NCBI GenBank assembly: GCA_964247055.1
Contig: OZ176051.1
Location: 10,912,001 to 10,976,000, forward strand
Reading direction: 5' to 3'
DNA from: Paragordius varius
Lineage: Eukaryota > Animalia > Nematomorpha
DNA: 64,000 bases
Under the pieces are notes generated by a model. The model searched no databases, was not told where the DNA came from, and was given only the letters and a program-made list of their open reading frames with translations. The translations under genes and the position numbers were made by a program. Positions within the stretch are counted from its first letter, which is position 1; each line of letters begins with the position of its first letter. Positions 27,301 to 38,152 of this stretch are shown piece by piece.

Positions 27301-30300
27301 TCCAAAAAAGGCCTTCTTTTTAGCTGAAATTTTATAGAAACCCTAATATGATTTTAGGTTATTTATATATTGAACTATATCCTAAAATGATAATAAACCA
27401 TAATATCTCAAATTTTATCATATTTTTTTGAATTATCCTTAATCACTTTTTTCCAGATTTTGATTTTCCTTCAACGTTTCAAAAACTAGGTTGTCAACAA
27501 ATAATATTTTTTGCGGCAAATAAATTCGCTGGTCATAAGTTATCTCATGAAAAAATTTTTTTTGTAAATTAATCCTCTTTTTTGCACACAGTGTTATACT
27601 CATTTCCTTATTTGACCCTATATTTTGGATAATCTTTAATTTTTCATACATTTGACGCCATATGGCTAATAAATACCCCAAAAAGTATTGAATTATAATG
27701 AAAGCAAGTGAAAAAACATTAAACTTCAAGCCAATAATTCAGCGTTATTGTATCCTAAATATAAATTTGAGTTTATATTAAAATTTTACCTATATGCCTT
27801 GAAATACGCCTCATATTTTACACATTTCTATTCTTTTATCTAATGATCTCTAAAAATAATCTTTTAGGCTTGTGCAATTTGGAACAAAATAATCAATTCC
27901 ATTCTCTGAACATAATTTACAGACAACCCAGGTATTTATAAAAATTATAAATGAGTTTAATTAACTTGTTATTTTGTTCACCTGCACCAAATCAAAATTT
28001 AATAGATCGTATGTTTCGAAATGCAAATATAAAAGTTGGAATCATTTCGGCAAAATTGAATGACAAAATTTATTGACATCTTTTAGTAATATTTTATCAC
28101 TTCAAAAACTAATTATAAAATATACCTTTAAAATGCTTAAAAAATGTAATTTTATGAATATTTCCAAATATTTTAATATTTTTTATTATTTAATCTATGA
28201 GAGTTTATCTTCTTTTTAATTTTGAATTTTATCGGGTTTTTGTTAATGAAAGATTTAATTTGTCCTATTACTAAAAGAAAACATCAACATCAAAAAAAAA
28301 TTTATGAATAATTCCAAATATTATAATATTTTTTATTATTTAATCTATGAGTATTTATCTTCTTTTTGATTTTGGAAATTTTTATCGGATTTTTGTTATG
28401 TGAAGATTTAAATATTTGTCCTATTACTAAAAGAAAACATCAACATCAGTTAAAAAAAATTTAATATTTATCTAAATTTTATCAATTTATTCCATAAAAA
28501 TTTATTGATTTAATTTTTTTATAAAAAATTGAGTCCAAAATATATAAATTAACGCTCCATATGATTCTCATAGTAAAAGCTTTTGCGAGATTTTTCTGTC
28601 ACTAGATATTAACGCTATATTTCACAAAATTGATTAGTTCTGTCCCTTAATGATAGTATCCATAGGCACTCACACGGTTATTATTTTTGACCGATCAAAG
28701 TTTGAACATTAAAGGCTAATTAACCATCCTTAATATTATAATAAATCTTAGGCAAGACAGCGAAGCTTCTTGATTTATTTTATACTAGCTTAAATCTCGT
28801 GCTGCTAAGCAGCCCGAGATTTGGGGGGCTGTTTGAAAAAAGGGACAATAAAATGATCCATAAATGTGGATTATATCGAAACATTATTTAATAGATAATT
28901 TCATAGGATTTTCAAAATGGTGCATTCATATTAATATATTGTTTACTGGTGTAAAGGCCCCAAATTGACGGCTAACGGAAAAAACTGCTATACTATAATT
29001 TTAACCTTTTTATGGGTAATATTCAAAGCTTTTATCGATCTCGTATGGCTTCTTATGTTTTTTGAAAATTAGCTCCAAAGCCACGCCATTTTTGTATGGT
29101 GTCTCAGTTATAAACCGGTAGACCTCTACCCATAGGCCTATATGGAAAAAGCGTAAAGTTAAATTTTTTGCCTTTATAGGGAAAATATTTGGAATCATTG
29201 GAGACCATCGTCTCATGGGTTATTCGAAAAAATACCTCAACGATGGCGTATTTTCAGTGCATAAAGGCCCCAAATTAACGGCTAATATGAAAAGACCTTA
29301 CCTTAATTTTTACCTAGTTACGGGTAATATTTCGAACTTTAAATGAGCTCATATGGCATAAGTCTTTAAATTAGTTCCAAAACAACGCATGCAGTTTTTG
29401 TCCGGTAGCTTCTTACCCAGAGGCAGGTATAAAAACGCGTCGGGCAAAATTTTTGTTTTTATATGGGGAATATCTGGAATTATAATGTCTATATGTTCCT
29501 ATTGGAAATATTGCTTCAATTTAAACAATTGTATGCCGGCGAATTTTTCAGGCGTAAAACTTTTCTTAGCGACTCATTGAAATAGCCCTCTATACTAAAA
29601 TATTTGTAAGGGGTAATAAATATTTTAGGCCCTTATTGAACTCACATAGTCTCATAGGTTTTCTGAAATTTTGCTCCAAAGGCATGCTATATCGATATAG
29701 TGACGCATTTTTACACGGGTAGCCTTCTTCCCAGAAACCAATGTAAAAAAGACGCTAGATAATATTTGTTGCCTTATGGGAATACCTGAAATCATCATTC
29801 ATTCCATATGTTCTTCATAGTTTATGGAAGAATGGCTTTTATACAAATAATTGTTCAATGATGGCGCATTTAGGGCGTAAAGGGCCTATTTAAGCGCTTT
29901 TAAAAAAACCGCTCGACTTAAATTTTTGCTTTCTTACAGGTAATATTTCAGGCCCTTATAAAACTTACATGGCCTGATAACTCTTCTAATTAATTCCTAA
30001 AACGCAATTTCGATATGGTGTCGCAGTTTTAGGCGGGTAGCTCCCTACCCAGAGGCTGATATAAAAAAGCGCTTGATTAAAATTTTTTCCTTTTTACGGA
30101 GAATACCTGGAATCATGATTGATTCCATATGCTCTCATTAGTTTTGGAAAAATTGCCTTTAAATTAAAATATCATTCTAGGTGGCGCATTTTCTCAGGGC
30201 GTGAAGGGCCTAATAAACGGCTAATTTAAAACGCACGTTATTTTTCCATTTTTACGGGTAATATTTTAAGCAGCTATTGAACTCATATGGCCTGGTAGGT

Positions 30301-31514
30301 TTTCTGAAAAGCCCCAAAAGCACGCTATTTCGATTTGACGGGTCAGTTTTTATCGTGTATCTCCTTACCCAGCAGCTTTCATCAAAGAAAGGCTTGACTA
30401 AAATTTTTGCCTTTTAACAGGGATTACCTGGAATTTATATTGAATTTTTACGGTCTAATACTTTGGGCGAAAAATAGATTCAAAAAGTTATTTTTGTGGA
30501 CTTTGTTTTCAAAAAAATAGCAATTTACGGGGGGAGCGGGTAAAAAGAGGGCCTATATTAAAAAAGCGTGCCGACTATGTTCGGCGCAATCAAAAATAAG
30601 TGCATATTTGAAATGGAATGTTCCAACAGTTTTCCGAAAAATTGTCTCAAAAACACGATTTTTGTGCTGTTTATTAAAAAAACCCGTTTTTTACGCGGGG
30701 TGGGCCCGAACTGGGGGCTTAATTCAAAAAAAGAGCAAAGCTATTGTCGGGGCAATTAATGATTTTTTCGATATTTGGACTTGAATGGGTTTACCGGTTT
30801 TCCGGAAAAAGATCACAAAGCCACCACTTTCCATTTTTATAAATATATAGTTCATGTATTATGTTTTAAACAAATTCTTAATCCTTATTTATCTCCGATA
30901 CGGTTAAAATCCACCCTTAAAGCATTTTGATTTTGCATATAAAAGCGTTTCAAATAAAAATAATTGTATATTGTAATTATGTTTATAGGAATTAATTTAG
31001 TTTACATGTTTGCAAAAACATATTGTTGGATTTATTTTAATTTGTTGATATTTTTCCATAAAGTTTTTAACTTGAGATCTATTATAATATGTTAGATAAA
31101 AATGATATTTACAGTTTTATAACTAGTGTCTAAAACTTATATCTACAGTATGTTTAATGGTTGCTTATTTCACACTATAGTTGGGCAATTTTCTACACAG
31201 TCGTGTATGGTAAAAACAACAAAATGTAGTATAAACAATTATCTACTTTCGTTTTTCCACACGCTACTGTGTTGCAAATTACCCAACTATAGTTTGTAAA
31301 ATGTATACTGTAATAAAGATATATTATAATTCCTTGTTTTAGTAAACCCCCGACATTCAATTATTATGCTTATATCCATCGACATCCAAACGGAGAAGTG
31401 GAATGGATCATGAGAACAAAAAAATTAAATTTATCAGACAATTTGTACACTTACGTGCCCCAAGATGAAAATGAATATGCAAATTATCTCGCTTCATTGC
31501 AACATGGCTCGAAG
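21322..31514 (+). CDS. Unrecognised multi-exon coding unit D (5' end unresolved)
   Basis: Phase-consistent exons 21322-21386 (VFFPQSFNKPFTYELNNFTING), 21562-21639 (MIREEYVETYGQIDYHYPNETEITT), 27868-27931 (LCNLEQNNQFHSLNIIYRQP) and 31343-31514 (KPPTFNYYAYIHRHPNGEVEWIMRTKKLNLSDNLYTYVPQDENEYANYLASLQHGSK). Two of these have paralogues at 54167 and 56392. Confidence 0.7.
21674..25381. mobile_element. Non-autonomous hAT element interrupted by a nested hAT
   Basis: Degenerate TIR TAATAAGACCAGATA...TATCTAATCACGTTA with a perfect 8-bp TSD ATATTAAA (21666-21673 and 25382-25389). The body aligns with 47240-48695. Confidence 0.85.
22919..25132 (+). mobile_element. hAT (Tip100/Zaphod-like termini) with decayed transposase
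   Basis: TIR TAAGGTGATCAGA / TCTGGTCACCTTA and TSD CCAATAGG / CTAATAGG. Remnants include a BED-finger-like CSLC...HGGKHDITKH, DASNQK, CADNTKTNFG, GVGCAAYIIHN, KTRWL and the C-terminal PGTNTATERVFS dimerisation motif. Many stops and frameshifts. Confidence 0.9.
25847..27593. mobile_element. Near-palindromic non-autonomous element with CACTG...CAGTG ends (CACTA/EnSpm-like)
   Basis: CACTGTGTGCAAAA ... TTTTGCACACAGTG flanked by TTA on both sides. The arms are inverted up to a centre at ~26360-26470. A second copy lies at 52249-53419. Confidence 0.7.
26663..27225. mobile_element. TTAA-flanked MITE nested in the right arm of the CACTG element
   Basis: TTAA|CACTTGG ... AAGTG|TTAA. It is absent from the 52.2-53.4 kb copy of the host element. 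Confidence 0.75.
28151..28448. repeat. About 150-bp tandem duplication
   Basis: TTTATGAATA...CTATTACTAAAAGAAAACATCAACATC occurs twice in succession. Confidence 0.85.
28785..30850 (-). mobile_element. Non-autonomous Helitron-like element with internal ~310-bp tandem repeats
   Basis: On the minus strand: 5' CTATATATTTATAAAAATGG and a 3' stem AAATCTCGGGCTGC-TTA-GCAGCACGAGATTT followed by CTAG|T. Repeat units begin near 28955, 29262, 29555, 29876 and 30200. Confidence 0.65.
31171..31296. mobile_element. Small MITE
   Basis: ACTATAGTTGGGCAATTTTCTACACAGT is inverted to ACTGTGTTGCAAATTACCCAACTATAGT. Confidence 0.6.
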
Positions 31515-31564
31515 GTATTTTTTAAAATAAAAAATCAAAATTATAAAAAAACATGAAACCTGCA

Positions 31565-33001
31565 TTTATATATTAATAAAAATGGAAAGTGGTGGCTTTG
31601 TGATCTGTTTCCGGAAAACCGGTAGACCCATTTAAATCCAAATGTCGAAAAAATATAATCATTAATGAATGCCCCGACAATAGCTTCGCCCTTTTTTTTG
31701 AATTGCCCCCAGTTCGGGCCCACCCGTGTAAAAACGGGTTTTTTTGGAAACATAAGTCCACAAAAATTGTTTTGAGACAAATTTCCGGAAAACGTGTTGG
31801 ACCATTCGATTTTTGATATCATTTATTTTTACTTTTTTTCGATAGCGCCCAACATATTGAGCTCGTTTTTTTAATTAAGGCCCTCTTTTGACCCGCTCCC
31901 CCTCGCGAAATGGCATTATCATCTAAAAACCAAGTCCACAAAAATAATTTTTTGAGTCTATTTTTCGCCCAAAGTATGGAACCGTAAAAATACGATGAGT
32001 ATTCCGGTACTATCTGCTTAAAGGCAAAAATTTTAGTCAAGCGTTTCTTTGATGATAGCTGATGGGTAGAGCCGCCTAAAACTGCGCCACCATATCGAAA
32101 TTACGTTGCTTAGGATTTAATTTTCAAAAAAACTTATCAGGCTACATAAGTTTGATAAGGCTGAAATATTACCCGTAAAAAAACAAAAATTAAGTTAAGC
32201 GGTTTTTTTAAAATTGACCGTTAATTGGCTCTTTACGCCCTTAAAAATTTACTATCATTGAACATTATTTAGCATTCTTCCAAAAACTATTAAGAACATA
32301 AAGAATGAATGATGATTTCAGGTATTCCCCTATAAAGGCATAATTTTTTATCAAACCTTTTTATATTAGCCCCTGGGTAGGGGTATACCCGCCTACAACT
32401 GTCCATCATATCGATACATCGTGACTTTGGAGGCAAATTTAAGAAAACTTATCAGGTATCAAAGATGATTCCGAATATTTGCCCTATAAAGGCAAAAAGT
32501 TTACGCAGCGCTTTTCCATATAGGTCTATGGGAAGGGGTTTACCAGTTTAAAACTGAGTCGCCATACAAAAATGGCGTGGTTTGGGAGCCTATTTTCAAA
32601 AACTTAAGAAGTCATACGAGTTCAGTTAAACACATTTTTGGGGAATATGGATAATATCATTATTTCCTTTAAAAAGTGACCACAAATTACTTTTTATAAC
32701 CCTTGATCCCTATGTGAACAGAATTTCAAAATGAAACTTTTAACCATGATTTCGTAAAACGAAAATCTTAAAATAAATCCAATGATAGTTAAATATAATT
32801 GATAAGTGACAGTTTAAATATGGTCAATTTCGAGAAACAATATTTGAGCCTATGCAAAAACCCGTAAAAGAATAATTAAAGACAATCTTTTTATTGAATA
32901 TGTTTTTTATTATGTTTGTATCTCCATTACCTCTATATATTCCAAATTATTAAGAATAATTATCGATGATACCTCACAGCGAAGCGTGACAGGGCCGCTA
33001 G
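31565..33001 (+). mobile_element. Second Helitron-like copy in opposite orientation
   Basis: 31565-~32640 is the reverse complement of the left copy. 5' A|TTTATATATTAATAAAAATGG and 3' GCGAAGCGTGACAGGGCCG-CTAG|T, a Helitron-type terminus. Confidence 0.65.
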
Positions 33002-33195
33002 TTATCACTAAAATAAATATATATGATACAATAATAAATAAATAAATGAAGCGACTATACATTAATTAGTCTATTTTTTCCCTATTTGTTTTTTTAAATT
33101 ATTGTAAAATAACAAAATCCATTATATAATCCTACATCTTATATTATATTTTTCAAAATATATTCATGAATAGGAACCATTTTGACCATAATTAG

Positions 33196-35507
33196 GTGTG
33201 TTTAAAAATTTTATGTGCAAAGAAGCCAAATATACATTAATATACTCGAACATTTCGATCAAACATGTATGTTAAAAATATATTAAAAATAGGTTTATCT
33301 AAGCATAAGGCAGGATGATTTCGCTAACATCTATTATTTGTGCACAAACAATACCCTAGCAAATTTAAGTGAATGCTTTAACTTTCATTCTCTCCCTCGC
33401 CTCATCGATTCCAACCCTATTAAAGTATTCATTACATTATATTGATAATTATTTTATTTAATCACGGGCGATCAAAACTTTAAAATATATGGGGATTAAA
33501 AGTATTTAAAATGCATTTAAACTAATTTAAAAGTATAAATTTATAAATTTGGTGAGTAGCTAATATTAACAACTTAGTAAACTAAGATTATAAATCTTTA
33601 ACTACATTAAATCAAGCAAAAAATTTCAATCACACAATATAATGTTGCATAATGTGGGACATGGCTAAAAGAAAGCTTTAAAATTATTTGGATGAGTACA
33701 CTGAAAACTTAAACAATTTTTTTCGTTATAATCAATATATATAGTATTATTTTTAAAGCTTATATAACGCTTTATTCAAAATAATCCGGTTATTAAAGCG
33801 ATCAGTAACTCAAGTTTTTATTAAAACCATCATATAAAATGTTTGATATAATTTTAATGTAAATTATATTTTAATAATTATTTTTTATTAAGTTATAATT
33901 TTAAACACATTTAAAGGGTTAAATTGTATTTGAAGCGTTTAAAAATTTTTGTTCGCTCGCAATTCTAAACCAAGAAAATAAATTATTATATCCAAAATAT
34001 CAAGTTTTATCATTTCATTTTTTGCTTTTATGGCATTAATAAGCCAATGATTTACATGTATTAAGTCTTTCAACCTTACAGAGAGAATGAACCTTAATAT
34101 ATTTACTTGGATATTTATTTGTGATAGATCTTGTTTCTCATAAAACCTGATTATACAGTTATGGCCTATTATTATTATTATGATGAAAGGAATCGACATT
34201 CCTATTCTATTTACCGACACGTAAAAAATTTTACAAAACCTCCCTGCAATGTTAATGATCGTATAATTTATCCAGTTTTTATTAGGGCAACACCGGGGCT
34301 TAATATACATAATAATAAGACCAAGAGATACACGGAAGCAAATTTTCACTACTATGTAATATTAAGTTCTTGCTACAGAAAATCAGGTATTAAAATTTAA
34401 ATTTTTTTGATTATTAAAATCTAATTAAGTTATTAAATATTTTGAAATCATGTGACATATTGGGATATCCCTAAAGCCGTTTGATAAAATATTATCTGTT
34501 AGGAATCAACATTCATACAATTACAAAAGTTTGCATTTGTATAACATTGATGATCCGAAATAGACTAAAACTTATTATTACTTATTTTATGGACATACCT
34601 CAATTTGGTCAAAATGACATGTGAGCTTCAGCTATATATGAAAAATATTCAGAATTATCTGTTATATCATTGTTAGATGTGATTATATTAAATTTTAGCA
34701 TGAGAATTAAATAAAACTTTATTTATAATTTAAAATTAGCATCGAAGTAATTTGATATGGAACTTTTTATACTAAATTTTATTTAAATATTTTGGTTGTT
34801 TTATATAATTTTATTAGAAGAAAAGCATAAATTTAAATTGGAATCGTTTGTTTTAGTTTTTAAAATATAAACCTAAATAGTCAGGGACCCTAGATTACCC
34901 AATTCGAATCGAAGTTTATATAGATATTAACTAACTTGCTCTTTCTGTTTAGTGTAAAATTCGTATTTACTCATTAACAGATTGTAATTTTTAATATTTA
35001 ATTAATTATTTAACCTAAATTCGTTAGCTGAAAAAACGAGTTTTATTATAAAGGAATTAGAGGCCCTCACAACAAAGATTCGAGCGTTTGATATATAATT
35101 TTTAGTCGCATAAAATTGCGAACAAAGATAATAGTCTTAAGGGTATATAATTATATATAGCAGCAAAATCGTATGATATAAAGGAAAATTTTAAGCTTTT
35201 TAATCATTTGACTTTATTTAATATGTGTAAAATGATACTTTAGAAAATGGATTAATGGATTATACACGGTTTTTGAATGCAGGTATGATATTGTCTTTAA
35301 AATGAATTTGTTTACAGAATCCTACCTGGACTTAAATGATGATTTATGTGAATTTTCACTTAAAGCTGGAATATATAATGTTAAAGAAAAAACCTTAAGA
35401 AATACTGTACGCTTCTTAAGGTAATGAATTTTCTTTATAAAAATTAGGGTCACATTATATAAAATTTTATTAGATGTTTTAAATACCCATTATCATCTAA
35501 AATATGA
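33196..35507 (+). CDS. Unrecognised multi-exon coding unit A (possibly the C-terminal half of unit D)
   Basis: Exons 33196-33266 (tentative), 33293-33424 (VYLSIRQDDFANIYYLCTNNTLANLSECFNFHSLPRLIDSNPIK), 34128-34386 (ILFLIKPDY...NDRIIYPVF...FHYYVILSSCYRKS), 35244-35282 (ENGLMDYTRFLNA), 35318-35420 and 35474-35507 (TGA). Phases are consistent, and three exons have paralogues at 58.5-59.9 kb. Confidence 0.7.
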
Positions 35508-36124
35508 TAAATATGATCGTTAATGTACAATGTTAATCAAAAAATGCCATCAAGTAATTAGCATTGGATAATTTTTAATTAATCTTAAGTTTTCTATATT
35601 ATATCCTAAGTTGTAATATTAGCAATATTATAATTTAAGTATTACCTTCATGTTATGGACTAAGTTTTAGTTCATTATAAACGAAAAGGAATATAAAAAA
35701 GAGTTGGTATATTGATCATAGCGACTGAAAGTGGAAATAAATGTTATAATTTAGAAAACAAATTTACCAATCAAATTTTCCATACTCTTTTATGATTCAA
35801 TTTATTATCCATATATAACATTATTTAGTATTAATTTCACCTGACAAGATATTTTTTCATAATATAATTGGCTCAAATGTGATGAATTTGAAAAATTCAA
35901 TTAAAATCAGAGTTTCAAATTGGTAAAAGACTCTTCATCTATTTTTTTTAAATATGATAATATATTATTTTATGGCTATCGTAATTCGTACAATAAATAA
36001 GTATTAATAATTCGATTGTGTTCATTTATCTAAAATACATAAAACATGTGTCTAAGGCCGATAGCAGAATATTTTTTATTTATTACTTAAACATCGGAAA
36101 ATACAGGCATCATATCCTATTTAA

Positions 36125-36317
36125 AAGTATTCTCTTATCATAGAACCAATAATTTTAAAAATATATAAGCCACCAATCAATTTTATCTTGCTAGAAAAAA
36201 ATCCTCGGATCCGATTCCCAACGATTAATCATTACTAACCGGATTGATTTGAAAAATGCTTTATTTTTATAAATTTCTTGGAATATATATACATTATAAC
36301 CAGTGGATGGACTTACG
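36125..36317 (+). pseudogene. Possible decayed copy of the large A/B exon
   Basis: One frame reads KYSLIIEPIILKIYKPPINF...NPRIRFPT..*PD*...EYIYIITSGWTY-G|GT. This echoes YSI, KPPCN, NDRIIYPV, HYYII and the phase-1 donor of A/B. Two in-frame stops. Confidence 0.35.
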
Positions 36318-38152
36318 GTTACAGATTTCGGCACAAAAGTCTATTTCATATTTTTTGGAAAAATAATGCTACGTTAGATTTGTTGTTATTTGATTATAGT
36401 TTTTTTGTCTTTTTTACGGCTTAGAATTGAACCGGTTTGGTAATTAAAACGAGGAAAGAGATGTTATAAAATTACAACCGAAAACAGAGGTTCTAAGTAG
36501 AAGGAAGAGAAAATTACAGATCCAAGCTGATTTCTGATAAATTCTAGCGTTTTCAGGGGAAAGACTTGCTATATCATACGTCATTGCCTTTTTCTATTAA
36601 TTTTTCGGAAATCGAACCCAATATGCGGTTATAACACTCTTTTAGCAATTTATTGTTAAAAAGAAATGACAAGTTGGAAAATATGATTTTTTACATAATC
36701 GGTTAGGGATATAATTCATATTAGTGGAACTAGTAGTGTATCAAGGCTTCGAATGGTTACATGGAAAAGGAATCCGGTTCCTAAAATTTCAAAAGAAACT
36801 TGTTTTTGGGGGTTGGTACTACCCAGTTTATATTTATTGTAAATAACATTTTTTTTAGTCTGTCGTCAAAATGGATTAATCATCTATAAATTTGTTGGGA
36901 ATTACTAGTTTAGAGTCTCTTTTTTCCTTGTTTATTGTAGGGTAAGGACTTAAATAGTATCCGGACTTGTGAAGGCTTTAACACTCGCCCGTCCCCTGAC
37001 AGTGATAATGGAAAAAATGCGTAGTTACGCGGTTCAAACTCTGGCACGTAGTGTCAGATTCCGGCTCCCTACCTACCATACGATCACGCCTCCTTTGTTC
37101 ACATGTGTTTAAATATAATTTTTGAAAAGTAATGATCATATGATAACATTTTTTTTCGTATCCAATCGAAATAAAAATATGATGCTGGCATTTTTTTGAT
37201 ATCTTACCCTTGACACTTGAAAAGAAACACAGACATAATTATTTTTAAACCTATAGAACACACATTCATTAATAATGAATCTGGTAAATAATAACCAAAA
37301 ACGGGAAAAATGCAGGATATGTATCTTTTTAACCGCAGTCTACTGGCAACAACAATCCCTGGGAATCTATTATGAAATATCAAAATTTTATCATGTATGA
37401 TAACATTAGCGTACATAGTACGGCTCACAACATAGAAAAAACTTGTCCACGCTAATCATTATAACTTTAGATTTGAGAAGTAGTCTGACTTCAGAATTGT
37501 CTGTATAATCATTTATTAAAGTTAAATAAAGATTTCCTCCATGGATTCGTAGTTAACATAAATACACTTTTTGCCTCCTTTTATAAATGAGACCATTTAA
37601 TTTTTCTTATAAATTATGTTTTGATACAATTGTTGATATGGTTCATATTATGTCAAAAATGTATGGAAGTTTTTTATTGAAAAGTTTCTAAACCAAAACG
37701 GAATCGGTTCTTAATGTAAAAAACTGGTTTTGGAACATTAAATATTAGAGGACACAACCCTATTTCATTTTTGAATTCATAGGAACCAACCCGATTTTAT
37801 TTTTGAATTCGTAGGAGCCGGTTCTGGTTTCCCCTCCAGAAACCACCACGTTTTGGTACTTCGATCGGTTAGCCTTTATTATTTTATTATAAGGTCATCA
37901 AAAAAAGATGAAAATTTTATCAAATTTAATTTTGCCTTCATTTATACTTTTCATCACTTGACACATTTTAAGTCAATATGTTTGTTAGATTTTTCAATGT
38001 TTTCTAAAAATTTATTCTTTCCCCATTTACCTATGTTATTTCACAGATATTTAGATAATTTATTGATAGAATTAGTTTTAAGTTTGTCGTATTGCGAATT
38101 TGAAAAAACAACCAACTCAAATTTAAAATATGACAAAAAAACGGTTTATTAT

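Noticed and set aside
32813-32875. Candidate terminal exon for unit D (FKYGQFRETIFEPMQKPVKE*)
   Set aside because: The acceptor is weak, it falls inside the inferred Helitron, and no counterpart was seen in block E.
33047-33069. Stop-codon reassignment to explain in-frame TAG/TAA in the orphan units
   Set aside because: PLOD (950 codons) and the phosphatase (429 codons) have no internal stops and end in TAA, so the standard code holds.
33939-34349. Minus-strand ORFs 33939-34349, 56429-56707 and 41132-41320, and plus-strand 38351-38545
   Set aside because: They are antisense shadows of better-supported exons on the other strand.
36940-37100. tRNA or tRNA-derived SINE (B-box-like GGTTCAAACTC)
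   Set aside because: No cloverleaf, no properly spaced A-box, and no second copy in the window.
37204-37428. 74-aa minus-strand ORF / plus-strand exon candidates
   Set aside because: No motif, paralogue or phase-consistent neighbours could be established.
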